From positions 2,720,001 to 2,784,000 of the forward strand of contig OZ241744.1 in assembly GCA_965200965.1 (NCBI GenBank): a DNA stretch of 64,000 bases, given 5' to 3'. The notes below the pieces were generated by a model. The model saw nothing but the letters and a program-made list of their open reading frames with translations. It searched no databases and was not told the origin of the DNA. The stretch is from an uncultured Candidatus Binatia bacterium. Its GTDB lineage: Bacteria > Desulfobacterota > Binatia > Bin18. Below, in pieces: positions 9,093 to 19,187 of this stretch (position 1 is its first letter; every line of letters starts with the position of its first letter). Position numbers and translations under genes: made by a program.

Positions 9093-10622
9093 TCAATATA
9101 CCTCCCAGCGGCCGCGCTGGTAATAGTCGTGCAGGACCGGCCGGCTCCCGTTGTTGACGCTGATGTGCGCGCTGTCGTCAAAAATGCCCTTGCCAAAATG
9201 GGTCATGGACACCATCGCGTCCTGGTTCAGGAAGCGCGTCTCAACCCGATCAAAGGACAGCCCGACAATCGCCTGCTTGAGAGCGCTCTGTTCCATCAGG
9301 CCGGCGTCCACCCCCAGTACAAAGCCCCACTCGCCCATCGTCGGAATGTGGTTGTGATAGGCCAGCGGACTCAGGCCGGCCGCCTGGAGCGTCTTGTAGA
9401 TGCACACAAAGGCCCGGCGGGTAAAAAAGGGACTTGTCGCCTGGGTAACGAGCACCCCGCCGTGTTTGAGCTGTTTCTTGCACAGACGATAGAAATTGAG
9501 CGAGTACAGCCGGGCCAGCGCCACCGAGTTCGGATCCGGCAGGTCAACGATAATCACGTCAAACAGCCGCCCGTCCGTCTGTAAAAAGGCAAACGCATCG
9601 GCGTGGACAATCTCCACCCGGGGGTCGCTGAGGGCGTTGTTGTTGAGCCGGACGAGGACCGGATGCGACGCCGCCAGCTCGGTCATGGCCGGATCGAGGT
9701 CTACCAGGGTGAGGCGGCTGACCGCCCGGTATTTGAGGACTTCACGCGCCGCCAGCCCATCTCCCCCGCCCAGAATCAGCACCTCTTGACGATGGCCGGC
9801 CAGGCTCAGGGCTGGATGCACCAGGGGTTCGTGATAGCGTTCCTCGTCATAGCTGCTGAACTGCTGGTTGCCGTTGATGTACAGCCAGTAATCGTCCCGC
9901 CAGCGGGTCATCACCAGGCGTTGGTAGGGCGTCTGTTTGACCAGGATGACGGTATCTTTGTACAGCGTTTGCTCACCAAACAGGACAATCGGCTCGGCCC
10001 ATACTGCCAGGCTGACCAGGCCGACGCTTACCCCGGCCCACAGCCCGGACATCAGCCGCGGGCGGCTGAATAAGGGCCGAAAGCGAAAGACAAACACGGA
10101 CGCAACGGCAAAGTTCACCGCCCCCAGGGCGACCGGCGTATAGCTCAGGCCGAGATAGGGCAGGGCCACAAAGGCAAACACCAGGCCGCCCGCCAAAGCT
10201 CCGTAATAGTCTTTCTCCAGGACCGAGGAGATATTTACCCGCAACTCTTCGTAGCCGGCGTTGACGCGGGTGATGAGCGGGATTTCCATGCCGATCAACA
10301 CGCCAATGGCCATTGCCAGGGGATAAATCACGACCCCCACATTGTTCACAAAGGCCGACGCGGCATAGCTGGCCGCGGCCGCACTCGCGCACAAGATCGA
10401 CAGGCCGAACTCCAGCAGGGTAAAGGTATCAAGGAGGTCGGAGCGAAAGGCGCGGCTCAGACGGCTGCCCACGCCCATAGCGAACAGCATCAGCGACACC
10501 AGCAAGGTCCACTGGAGGGTGGCGTTGCCGAGGAAATAGCTGGCCAGGGTACACAGCACGAACTCGGCCACAAGACCCGCGCAGCCGGTGGCAAACAGGC
10601 ACAGCTTCAGAATGCGGTTCAT
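9093..10622 (-). CDS. speE: Membrane-anchored polyamine aminopropyltransferase (spermidine synthase-like)
   Basis: N-terminal multi-TM domain; YHEPLVHP, LILGGGDG, VDLD, DLPDP motifs. Confidence 0.9.
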   Translation of the reverse strand: MNRILKLCLFATGCAGLVAEFVLCTLASYFLGNATLQWTLLVSLMLFAMGVGSRLSRAFRSDLLDTFTLLEFGLSILCASAAAASYAASAFVNNVGVVIYPLAMAIGVLIGMEIPLITRVNAGYEELRVNISSVLEKDYYGALAGGLVFAFVALPYLGLSYTPVALGAVNFAVASVFVFRFRPLFSRPRLMSGLWAGVSVGLVSLAVWAEPIVLFGEQTLYKDTVILVKQTPYQRLVMTRWRDDYWLYINGNQQFSSYDEERYHEPLVHPALSLAGHRQEVLILGGGDGLAAREVLKYRAVSRLTLVDLDPAMTELAASHPVLVRLNNNALSDPRVEIVHADAFAFLQTDGRLFDVIIVDLPDPNSVALARLYSLNFYRLCKKQLKHGGVLVTQATSPFFTRRAFVCIYKTLQAAGLSPLAYHNHIPTMGEWGFVLGVDAGLMEQSALKQAIVGLSFDRVETRFLNQDAMVSMTHFGKGIFDDSAHISVNNGSRPVLHDYYQRGRWEVY

Positions 10623-10664
10623 CCTCTCTTCCTCATCGCCCGGTCAGGATGAACGACCTTGAGG

Positions 10665-11510
10665 CTAGACACACCAGATGATCAGGAAGGACGCACCGAT
10701 GTAGGAGAACATTTCCAGGCAGGCCACGCCGAGATGGGGCCGGTCCTGTTCAACGAGCTTGGCCGAGATACTCGTGCCGGGCAGCAGGACCTTGTCCGTT
10801 GCGAAACGCACCACCGGCAGGAAGACCAGCCCGACGAGGGCATAGCTGCCAAAGGCCATGAAGTTGCTCTGCCAGGAGAAGAAGTCCTCGCTGGCGGCAA
10901 AGCCCAGGATATTGCCCATAGCGATGAGCGCTCCGGCAAAGCTGACCCCGACCGCGACATTGTCGCGCTCAATCTCGGTATGAATGCTGTAGGGGGTGAT
11001 CCATTCGTACACCAGTCCGGTCAGCGCCAGGCCGAGTTGTCCCACGCCCCAAAAGGCCAGCGCGGTCCAGATCGTGCCGGTTTCACCCGACAGGGCACCG
11101 AACAGGATGAGACCGGTGGCGGTATACACTCCGGCTTCGGTTATGCCGGTGCCGGCGTTATGGTCGTGGATGATTTCCTTTTCGTTCTTGAACTGAAACA
11201 GAATGAGCGTGTCACTGACCACGGTTGAGATGTTGAGCAGCACGATGCCCAGGGGGCCGTACAGGAGGATATCGACCGCGTCTTCAACCAGACCGTGTGA
11301 CGGGCCGCTGAGCACCCCACCGATGGTAAACACCAGCCCCAGGTAATAGCCGACCAGGGCTAAAGCCAGGGCAACATTATCGTTGTCAATCAGCTCTTCT
11401 TTGACATGAAACCCGGGGTGCAGCAGGTCAAACACACGCTTGCCGAGCCAGAATAAGGCGTAGGCGCACAGGAGATAGAGGGGGGCCAGAATCAGGGTAT
11501 CGAGGGTCAT
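10665..11510 (-). CDS. DUF350-domain membrane protein (two repeats)
   Basis: Repeated E(L/I)..DN.A(L/V/G) motifs between TM helices. Confidence 0.75.
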   Translation of the reverse strand: MTLDTLILAPLYLLCAYALFWLGKRVFDLLHPGFHVKEELIDNDNVALALALVGYYLGLVFTIGGVLSGPSHGLVEDAVDILLYGPLGIVLLNISTVVSDTLILFQFKNEKEIIHDHNAGTGITEAGVYTATGLILFGALSGETGTIWTALAFWGVGQLGLALTGLVYEWITPYSIHTEIERDNVAVGVSFAGALIAMGNILGFAASEDFFSWQSNFMAFGSYALVGLVFLPVVRFATDKVLLPGTSISAKLVEQDRPHLGVACLEMFSYIGASFLIIWCV

Positions 11511-11515
11511 GGCGT

Positions 11516-12214
11516 TTATTTGCCAAAGCCGAAGCTGCGGGAGCGCATGGACGAGCCGCTGCTGCGCCCTATCCGGTTTTGGAACTTTTGGCGAAAGCGC
11601 TGCTGACTCGCTACTTCGCGTGCCTGGCGGCGGGCAAAAAAGCCCGGGTTGCGCTGTTTGGTGCGTGTGCCGTTGGTGCCGTACTCACGGCCGGTCGGAC
11701 CGTAGTAGGGACGGTTCTGGTTCCGGTAGCCCTGGTACTGGTTGTAATCGCGGCGAAAGATTGTGCCTCCGGCCAGACCGAGCACATCTCTGAGCAGCGC
11801 GTACTTGCCGTAAAACTCCCAGAAAGAGTTGCCGCTGCTATCGGTTCTCCACTGCCCGTACTGGGTGTTGCCAACATAGTGGTAGCCGGGCGGATGGGGG
11901 GTGGTATTTTCTTGTCCCGCGGTTTTTGAGGCGAGGCTCAGGCCGAGGAAGTTTTCATTCCGGCGGTAGACCTGCTCCGAGACCTCACGCCAGCCGCTTG
12001 ACCAGACCTGCTCGCCCTGCAAGACCTTGTATTTATGGTAATATGCAGGAAAGAAGGTACCCTCCTCGCGCATGTCTTCCAACACAATGGTGTACTCGGG
12101 CGCGTCTTGTAGTTGGGCCTTGAGCTGGTCAAGGGGGGAAGAGTGGGAGGAGCAGCCTGACAGCAGGCCGATCAGGAACAGGCCGAGAAGCGGTGTGGAA
12201 AAGAGATGACGCAT
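11516..12214 (-). CDS. Lipoprotein with Arg/Ser/Gly-rich tail
   Basis: Lipobox LSGC; PPGY.YVGN.QYG.W...SFWEFYG motif; first gene of the DUF350-speE unit. Confidence 0.7.
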   Translation of the reverse strand: MRHLFSTPLLGLFLIGLLSGCSSHSSPLDQLKAQLQDAPEYTIVLEDMREEGTFFPAYYHKYKVLQGEQVWSSGWREVSEQVYRRNENFLGLSLASKTAGQENTTPHPPGYHYVGNTQYGQWRTDSSGNSFWEFYGKYALLRDVLGLAGGTIFRRDYNQYQGYRNQNRPYYGPTGREYGTNGTRTKQRNPGFFARRQAREVASQQRFRQKFQNRIGRSSGSSMRSRSFGFGK

Positions 12215-12320
12215 TGTGTGCCCTTGTCACCAGCCACACTCAGGATGACCAAACTTGTGGCTGGCGTCAAGCTCACAGGATGAGGAAGGACGGCGCGGCA
12301 TTCCTCATCCTGCCAGGACT

Positions 12321-12671
12321 ATGTCCAGAATAGGCATCCACCTGCTGGCCGACCTGTACGGCGTAGACTTGGCTCTGCTGCGAGACGAGCGAGGGCTGCT
12401 GCGCGTCTTTCGCGCCGCGCTGACCGAGGCCGGTTTTCATGTGCTCGGCCACCTCAGCCACCGCTTTGCCGACGGCGGGCAAGGGGTGACCGGCCTGTTT
12501 CTGTTGTCCGTGTCGCACGCCACCTTTCACACCTTTCCTGAGCATGGCTATATGGCGGTGGATATTTTTTCGTGTGGAAGCGCCGACCCGTACGCGGCAC
12601 TCGGTGTCCTGACCGAGACGTTCAAGCCCCACACCGTGCGCACCCAGCAGGCCGACAGGGGGGAACGGTGA
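12321..12671 (+). CDS. speD: S-adenosylmethionine decarboxylase proenzyme (short class)
   Basis: G.HLLADLYG, GVTG, SH.TFHTFPE.GY..VDIFSCG; cleavage site reads VS rather than ES. Confidence 0.8.
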   Translation: MSRIGIHLLADLYGVDLALLRDERGLLRVFRAALTEAGFHVLGHLSHRFADGGQGVTGLFLLSVSHATFHTFPEHGYMAVDIFSCGSADPYAALGVLTETFKPHTVRTQQADRGER

Positions 12672-12709
12672 AGGATGCTCTCTGCTTGACGACGAGGCAT
12701 CTTCCGGCC

Positions 12710-13681
12710 CTATTCGGCTTTCAGCTTCCTGATCTCCTCGGTCAGCTCCGGGATGGCCTGGAACAGGTCGGCCACCAAACCGTAATCAGACACATTGAAG
12801 ATCGGGGCTTCGGGGTCTTTGTTGATCGAGACGATGACCTTGGAGTCTTTCATCCCCGCCAAGTGCTGAATGGCCCCCGAGATGCCGACCGCAAAATACA
12901 GCTCAGGCGCAACCACCTTGCCGGTCTGGCCAACTTGCAGGTCATTTGGCACAAAGCCGGCATCAACCGCCGCCCGGCTGGCCCCCATTGCCGCGCCCAT
13001 CGCGTCAACGAGGGGTTCCAGATACTCCTTGAAGTTCTCCCCTGACTTGAGGCCCCGGCCGCCGGAAATCACGATACTCGCGTCGGTCAGCGTCGGACGG
13101 TCAGAGGTGATCTCGCTAAAGTCAACGAAGCGCATCTGTTGGTCAGTAGCCTCGAAGCTCACCCCGGCCTGTTCAACCGGCGAGTGGTCGCCCGGCTGGG
13201 CCGCGTCAAACGCCGTGCCGCGCACAGACACGACCTGCACCGCTCCGGCCAGAGACACAGTCGCAATAGCGTTGCCGGCATACATCGGACGCTGAAACGT
13301 ACCGTCGTCGTTGATCGCGACGATGTCGCTGGCCATCCCCACCCCGAGCCGGGCGGCGACGCGGGGGAGCACATCCTTGCCCTGGGCGGTGGACGTGGCC
13401 AGCAGGAGCGACACCTCGTTGCGAGTGATGAGCTGTTTGAGGGCCGCGGCATAGGCATCGGCCAGATAGTTGGCCAGGGCCGGGTCGTCCGCGGCCAGCA
13501 CCTTGGCCGCGCCATAGCCAGCCGCTTCCTGGGCCACATCATCCACCCCATCGCCCAGGACTGCGATGAGCACCTGTCCGCCAAGTTTGCTGGCCGCCTC
13601 TTTGCCGGCCTGAATGGCGATCAGCGTACTCTTGGGTAATTGTCCATTTTTTGTTTCGGCATACACCAGTACATTTCCCAT
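12710..13681 (-). CDS. etfA: Electron transfer flavoprotein alpha subunit
   Basis: QVGQTGK, GISGAIQHLAGM, INKDPEAPIF. Confidence 0.95.
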   Translation of the reverse strand: MGNVLVYAETKNGQLPKSTLIAIQAGKEAASKLGGQVLIAVLGDGVDDVAQEAAGYGAAKVLAADDPALANYLADAYAAALKQLITRNEVSLLLATSTAQGKDVLPRVAARLGVGMASDIVAINDDGTFQRPMYAGNAIATVSLAGAVQVVSVRGTAFDAAQPGDHSPVEQAGVSFEATDQQMRFVDFSEITSDRPTLTDASIVISGGRGLKSGENFKEYLEPLVDAMGAAMGASRAAVDAGFVPNDLQVGQTGKVVAPELYFAVGISGAIQHLAGMKDSKVIVSINKDPEAPIFNVSDYGLVADLFQAIPELTEEIRKLKAE

Positions 13682-13709
13682 GACAGGCTCCTCAGAAGAT
13701 GAATCCGTC

Positions 13710-14465
13710 TCAGATCACTTTTGCTTCGGTGCGCAGCAGTTCAATGAGTTCCTGAACCGACCCGACGATCTGGCCGGCCTCCTTCTTGGGCGGCGGCTGG
13801 AGGGACTGCACGCTGAGGCACGGCGTGGTGTCCGCGCCGAGTTCGGCCAGCGCAATCTCGCTGATCTCTTTTTTGCGCGCCTTCATAATACCCGGCAGCG
13901 AGGCGTAGCGCGGCTCGTTGAGACGCAGGTCAGCGGTGACCAGACCCGGCAGGGCAAAGGCGACGGTTTCCAGGCCGCCGTCCACCTCGCGGACCACATC
14001 GACCGACTGGTGATCATCAGACAGCTTGACCTCAGAGGCAAATGTCGCCTGCGGCCAGCCCAGCAGGGCGGCCAGCATCTGTCCGGCCTGGTTCGAGTCG
14101 TCGTCAATCGCCTGTTTGCCCATGAGGACCAGGTCCGGGCTTTCGCTTTCGACCAGCTTGGCCAGCACCCGCGCCACGCCGAGCGGGTCAAGGTCCTGGT
14201 CGGCCAGCACCAGCACGGCCCGGTCGGCTCCCATCGCCAGCCCGGTCCGGAGTTGCTCGGTATTGACCTTGTGGCCAATGCTGGCCAGGATCACTTCACT
14301 GCCGCTGGCTTTTTCCTTGATCCGCAGCCCTTCCTCAATCGCGATCTCGTCAAAAGGGTTGATCACATACTTCACATGATCGGTGACAATTCCTGAGTTG
14401 TCGGCATTAACCCGAATCGTGGTCTCCGGGTCGGGTACCCGCTTGACTGTTACCAGTATTTTCAC
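13710..14465 (-). CDS. etfB: Electron transfer flavoprotein beta subunit
   Basis: VKRVPD, NPFDEIA, GKQAIDDD, NEPRY; GTG start after GGAGG. Confidence 0.95.
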   Translation of the reverse strand: MKILVTVKRVPDPETTIRVNADNSGIVTDHVKYVINPFDEIAIEEGLRIKEKASGSEVILASIGHKVNTEQLRTGLAMGADRAVLVLADQDLDPLGVARVLAKLVESESPDLVLMGKQAIDDDSNQAGQMLAALLGWPQATFASEVKLSDDHQSVDVVREVDGGLETVAFALPGLVTADLRLNEPRYASLPGIMKARKKEISEIALAELGADTTPCLSVQSLQPPPKKEAGQIVGSVQELIELLRTEAKVI

Positions 14466-15258
14466 GCTGCTTCCTCCTCTCCATGCCATGATAGCCGAGA
14501 CGGCTTGAGAGTTCGTGGCCGGCCTTGACAGCCAGCGGGATGATTTCGCGTTCCGCCCGCTCGGGGGGAATACGATAGGCCGGCCCACTCACCGCCAAAC
14601 TGCCGACAACAGTCCGCGTATAATTTTTGATCGGGACGGCAACGGTGCGCACATCGGCCATATATTCGCCGTTATCGACCGCGTAGCCCCTGGTGGCAAT
14701 CGCGCCCAGTTGCTCAAGAAGAACCGGCCGGTTGAGCATTGTCCGGTGGGTGTGCAGGCTCAACTCGTTGGACAAAACACGCTGGACCTCTTCGGCCGGC
14801 TCAAATGCCAGATGGACCTTGCCCAGCGCGGTGCAGTGCAGGGGCAGGTTTTCGCCGACCTGCGACGCAATCCGGACCGGATGGTCGGATTCCACCATAT
14901 CGAGCGGTACGACTTTGCCCTTGCGCATAACAGCCACATACGCGCTCTCGCGGCAGTCTCTGACGACATCGCTCATGATCGGCCGGGCTTGTTGCAGCAG
15001 ACCCATGTGCTGAATATAAGTCTGGCCCAACTGGAGGCACTTGGTTCCTAAACGGTAGTTCTCAGTTGCGCGGTTCTGCTCGATGTAGCCACGCGATTCC
15101 AGGCTTGCCAGAATACGGAAAACATTGTTTTTATGCAGACTCAGCCGTTTGCTCAGCTCAGTAACTCCCAGTTCCCCATCGTCATGGAACTGTTCCAGCA
15201 CATCCAAGGCGTGGGTCACGGCTTGGATGATGTAGTTACTCTTCTCACGGCGGACCAT
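14407..15258 (-). CDS. IclR family transcriptional regulator
   Basis: N-terminal HTH; LHCTALGK; RGYAVD.GE; 3' end overlaps etfB. Confidence 0.9.
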   Translation of the reverse strand: MVRREKSNYIIQAVTHALDVLEQFHDDGELGVTELSKRLSLHKNNVFRILASLESRGYIEQNRATENYRLGTKCLQLGQTYIQHMGLLQQARPIMSDVVRDCRESAYVAVMRKGKVVPLDMVESDHPVRIASQVGENLPLHCTALGKVHLAFEPAEEVQRVLSNELSLHTHRTMLNRPVLLEQLGAIATRGYAVDNGEYMADVRTVAVPIKNYTRTVVGSLAVSGPAYRIPPERAEREIIPLAVKAGHELSSRLGYHGMERRKQRENTGNSQAGTRPGDHDSG

Positions 15259-15394
15259 GCTTCCTCCCTGAAGACGATTCATCCTTGCACTGCCAGGCTC
15301 TGAGCAAATGATGTTCTAATCCAGTGGATGCAATGTTGTCAACACGGCTTGTCCAGCGGCGCATCCCGGCCGGGTTCTGAGCGGGAGAAACACA

Positions 15395-16153
15395 ATGGGC
15401 GCTGATACAGCTTTTGATATTCTCAATCCGACCGGGCGTTTTCCGCTATTGCTGACCTGTGAACACGCCTCGTGTCGGGTGCCGGCCGAATACCGCGATC
15501 TGGGCCTGAGCGAGGCCGAGCTCGGCCAACATATCGGCTGGGATATTGGTGCCCGGGCCGTCCTTGAGGCCGTTGTCCAGCGACTGGACGCGCCGGCGGT
15601 CTGCTCGGGCTATTCGCGTCTGCTCATTGACTGCAACCGTGATCTGCACGCCCAGGACCTGATTGTGGCCCACAGCGACGGCACCCCCATCCCCGGCAAC
15701 CGCCACCTCTCGGCAGCCGAGCGACACCAACGTATCACCCGGTTTTACCAGCCCTACCACGACGCGATTGATGCGACCCTGCGTCGGCTGCTGGCCAGAC
15801 GCGCCGCTGTACGGCCGTCTCTCCTCAGCCTGCACAGTTTTACGCCGGCGCTGCGCGGCCAGGCCGAGCACGCGCGCGCTTTTGACATTGGGATTCTGTT
15901 TGATCGCTACCAGGACTTGGCCGTCGACCTTGCTCAGCGGCTGCGTCGGACGGGCTATCGGGTCCGCTCTAATGAGCCGTACTCCGGCTATGAGGGGCTG
16001 ATTTTCAGCGCCCACAGTCATGGCCGGCGGCATCGGCTTGTGTATCTGGAGCTGGAAATGAATAATAGCCTGCTCAGGCAGTCCGACAGCATTGGCCGGA
16101 TGGCCGAGGCCATCAGCCGGGCCTGCGCCGGGCTGTTTACCGCTGACAGCTGA
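15395..16153 (+). CDS. N-formylglutamate amidohydrolase
   Basis: CEHAS, HIGWDIGA, SRLLIDCNR, SLHSFTP, NEPYSG. Confidence 0.9.
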   Translation: MGADTAFDILNPTGRFPLLLTCEHASCRVPAEYRDLGLSEAELGQHIGWDIGARAVLEAVVQRLDAPAVCSGYSRLLIDCNRDLHAQDLIVAHSDGTPIPGNRHLSAAERHQRITRFYQPYHDAIDATLRRLLARRAAVRPSLLSLHSFTPALRGQAEHARAFDIGILFDRYQDLAVDLAQRLRRTGYRVRSNEPYSGYEGLIFSAHSHGRRHRLVYLELEMNNSLLRQSDSIGRMAEAISRACAGLFTADS

Positions 16154-16169
16154 GCAAAAAGGGGAGCGT

Positions 16170-17090
16170 ATGCGTATTATTCTGATTGGCCAAGCCGCGT
16201 TTGCCGAAAAAACGCTCGAGAAGTTAGTGGACAAAGGCGAAGAGGTGGTTGCCGTCTTTTGCCCGCCGGATGTGGCCGAAGGGAGGTTCGACCCGGTCAA
16301 ACAACAGGCGATTGAGTTCGGCATCCCCGTCCACCAACACAAGTCAATGAAGCGGGAGCAGGCCGAGGTGGTCAGGAAGTTTGAGGGCCTGGACGCCGAG
16401 TTGGCGATTCTGGCCTTTGTGACCCAGATTGTACCGCCGGCCGTCTTTCGTGCTCCCAAGTGGGGGAGTATCTGTTTTCATCCTTCGCTGTTGCCCAAAT
16501 ACCGCGGTCGGAGCGCGATGAACTGGACCTTGATTAACGGCGAAACCACGACCGGCCTGACCCTGTTCTGGGTTGATGAAGGGATTGATACCGGACCGAT
16601 TCTGTTGCAGAAAGCAGTCGCGGTTGATCCCGACGATACTACCGGCACGCTCTATTTCAACAAGATATTTGCGCTCGGCGTGGAGACCATTGCCGAGTCG
16701 GTTGAGCTCATCAAGGCCGGCAACCCGCCCCGGCTGGTGCAGGACGAGTCCCAGGCAAACTATGATCCGCCGTGCGGCGATGAACACGGACAGATTGACT
16801 GGTCCAAGCCGGCCCAGCAGATTTACAATCAGGTCCGGGGCTGTGACCCACAGCCCGGCGCGCACACCGCCTGGCGGGGACACATGATCCGCCTGTACGA
16901 CTGTCGGCTCCAGCCGGCCAGCGGCACGGGTGTCAGCGGACAGGTGATTGAAGTCGGTCAGGAAACTGTCAGCATTGCCGCTTCCGGGGGCACACTGGTG
17001 GCCAGGAAAATGCGCGCTCACGGCAAAAAGCTGGCCGCCGCAGAGGTGGCCAGGCAAAGCGGCTTTGGGGTTGGGGACAGGCTGGGATGA
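16170..17090 (+). CDS. Formyltransferase (Fmt-like fold)
   Basis: HPSLLPKYRG, GIDTGPI, C-terminal RG.DP.PGA domain. Confidence 0.85.
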   Translation: MRIILIGQAAFAEKTLEKLVDKGEEVVAVFCPPDVAEGRFDPVKQQAIEFGIPVHQHKSMKREQAEVVRKFEGLDAELAILAFVTQIVPPAVFRAPKWGSICFHPSLLPKYRGRSAMNWTLINGETTTGLTLFWVDEGIDTGPILLQKAVAVDPDDTTGTLYFNKIFALGVETIAESVELIKAGNPPRLVQDESQANYDPPCGDEHGQIDWSKPAQQIYNQVRGCDPQPGAHTAWRGHMIRLYDCRLQPASGTGVSGQVIEVGQETVSIAASGGTLVARKMRAHGKKLAAAEVARQSGFGVGDRLG

Positions 17091-17132
17091 CCCTGAACGC
17101 GGGATGCAGAGTGAACGATGCTGCCCTTCGGA

Positions 17133-17696
17133 TCAGGAAGCGATCATGTCGTCAAGAGGCTCCAGTTCAATCAACACCTGGCCCACCTCAACCGGCTCTC
17201 CGGGCGCGACGTGAATCGTTTTCACCCTGGCCTTTCCTTCGCTGACCAGGGTGTTTTCCATTTTCATGGCTTCGAGCACCAGCAAGCTCTGGCCGGCTTG
17301 GACCTCATCGCCCGCTTCAACCCGTACTTCAAGGATTTTGCCCGGCATGGGAGAGCGGATGTCGGGCTCCCAGCCGCCGGCCTGGCTTTTGCGCCGGCGG
17401 GCGTCTTGGGCTGTGCGAAATTCGTACACCCGGCCCTCAATGGCGACCAGAATGCGGTCGCCGTGGGTGGCAACATGGGCCTGGACCGCTCGGCCGTCAA
17501 GCAAAGTGGACGATGAGTTCTTCTTGCTCAGATGGTCAGCATCGTCCGCCTTGACCAGGAGCGTGACCGCTCCGTCGCGGACCGAGATCCGCCGCGCCTG
17601 CCCGGTCTGCCCGTTCAGGCTGAACTCGAACAGGTCTCCGCTTTGGGTGTAGTCAAGGACCAGCGCCTCGTCCTGGGCGTACAGGGTGGTCTTCAT
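17133..17696 (-). CDS. Biotin carboxyl carrier protein
   Basis: SPMPG and EAMKM biotinylation motif. Confidence 0.9.
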   Translation of the reverse strand: MKTTLYAQDEALVLDYTQSGDLFEFSLNGQTGQARRISVRDGAVTLLVKADDADHLSKKNSSSTLLDGRAVQAHVATHGDRILVAIEGRVYEFRTAQDARRRKSQAGGWEPDIRSPMPGKILEVRVEAGDEVQAGQSLLVLEAMKMENTLVSEGKARVKTIHVAPGEPVEVGQVLIELEPLDDMIAS

Positions 17697-17699
17697 CGG

Positions 17700-19184
17700 C
17701 TACTGTCCTACACGCCAGCCGCCGAGCTGGGTCCAGGGGCTGGGTGGGGGGGTGTGGGCATGCGTCGCCTCGGCCGGCCCAGGCCGGCCGAGGGCCGCGG
17801 CCAGGGCGGCGACCGACCGATGGGTGCCCGTATCCGGTTGCCAGTTCTGGAAGTAGTCGGTCAGAAAGCCGGTATGGGTGTGTCCGGCAATAAACGCCGG
17901 ATGGGCCAACAGGTCAAGCAGAAACGGCCCGTTTGTGATCGGGCCAAGTACCACGCACTGGCGCAGGGCGGCCTGCATGCGGTGGCGTGCCTGCTCGCGA
18001 TCTTGCCCCCAGGTTGAGAGCTTGGCAATCAGCGGATCGTAATACACGCTGACCTGGCTCTCCAACTCCACCCCCGCATCAACCCGCACGCCGGGTCCGC
18101 TCGGTGGCTGCCAGGCCAGGACCGGACCCGGAGCGGGCAGGAAGCCGTTGGCCGGGTCTTCGGCGTACAGCCGACACTCACAGGCGTGGCCGCTGGGCTG
18201 CACCTCGTCCTGACCGAAGCCGATCGCCTCGCCGGCGGCAATGCGGATCTGCTCGCGGACAAGGTCAAGGCCGGTGACTAACTCCGTAATCGGGTGTTCA
18301 ACCTGGAGTCGAGCGTTGACCTCCAGGAAGTAAAAACGGTCCTGCCTGTCAAGGATGAACTCTACGGTGCCGGCGTTGTAATAGCCCGCGGCTCGGGCTA
18401 CAGCCAGGGCGGCCCGGGTCATCTCATCCCGCAACTGCTCCGACACGGCGGGCGAGGGCGTTTCTTCAAAGATTTTCTGATAGCGACGCTGAATTGAGCA
18501 TTCCCGCTCGCCGAGGTGGATCAGGGTCCCGTGCTGGTCGCCCAGCACTTGGACCTCAACATGGTGGGGTTTTTCCAGGTAGTGCTCAATATAGACCGTG
18601 CCCTCGCCAAAGGCTGCGGCCGCTTCACGCTGAGCGGCTGCCAGCGCCTCGTCCAGATCGTCCTGGCTGCGGACAATGCGCATACCTTTGCCACCGCCCC
18701 CGGCCGCGGCTTTAATCAGCAGCGGATAGCCGAGCGCGGCCACCTGTTCTTTGAGCATCGCCGGCTCGGCGGACGGCTGTTCCAGCGCAGGAATAACCGG
18801 CACGCCGAGCGCGGCCACGGTCTGGCGGGCAAAAATTTTATTGCCAACGGCCGACAGGGATTGCGGAGCCGGGCCGATAAAGGTCAAGCCGGCCTCATGC
18901 ACCTGTTTGGCAAACGCGGCGTTTTCCGAAAGAAAACCGTAGCCGGGATGAATCGCCTGGGCCCCGGTTTGGCGGGCCGCGGCAAGAATCGCCCCGCCGT
19001 TCAGATAACTGTCGGTCGCCGGTGCCGGGCCGATGCACACCGCCTCGTCAGCCGCGTACAGGTGCGGAGAAGACAGGTCGGCTTCGGAATACACCGCAAC
19101 GGTCGCGATCCCCATCTCGCGGCAGCTGCGGGCGACGCGGACGGCAATTTCCCCGCGATTGGCAATCAGAATCTTTCTGAACAT
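17700..19184 (-). CDS. Biotin carboxylase subunit of an acyl-CoA carboxylase
   Basis: IANRGEIA, HPGYGFLSEN, GGGGKGMR, RECSIQRR, RLQVEH. Confidence 0.95.
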   Translation of the reverse strand: MFRKILIANRGEIAVRVARSCREMGIATVAVYSEADLSSPHLYAADEAVCIGPAPATDSYLNGGAILAAARQTGAQAIHPGYGFLSENAAFAKQVHEAGLTFIGPAPQSLSAVGNKIFARQTVAALGVPVIPALEQPSAEPAMLKEQVAALGYPLLIKAAAGGGGKGMRIVRSQDDLDEALAAAQREAAAAFGEGTVYIEHYLEKPHHVEVQVLGDQHGTLIHLGERECSIQRRYQKIFEETPSPAVSEQLRDEMTRAALAVARAAGYYNAGTVEFILDRQDRFYFLEVNARLQVEHPITELVTGLDLVREQIRIAAGEAIGFGQDEVQPSGHACECRLYAEDPANGFLPAPGPVLAWQPPSGPGVRVDAGVELESQVSVYYDPLIAKLSTWGQDREQARHRMQAALRQCVVLGPITNGPFLLDLLAHPAFIAGHTHTGFLTDYFQNWQPDTGTHRSVAALAAALGRPGPAEATHAHTPPPSPWTQLGGWRVGQ

Positions 19185-19187
19185 GAC

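Noticed and set aside
10644-10668. Loose similarity to 12241-12264 as an inversion endpoint
   Set aside because: Direct rather than inverted orientation, low identity and not at the inferred breakpoints
15300-15345. Possible IclR operator in the divergent gap
   Set aside because: Palindrome too weak to call
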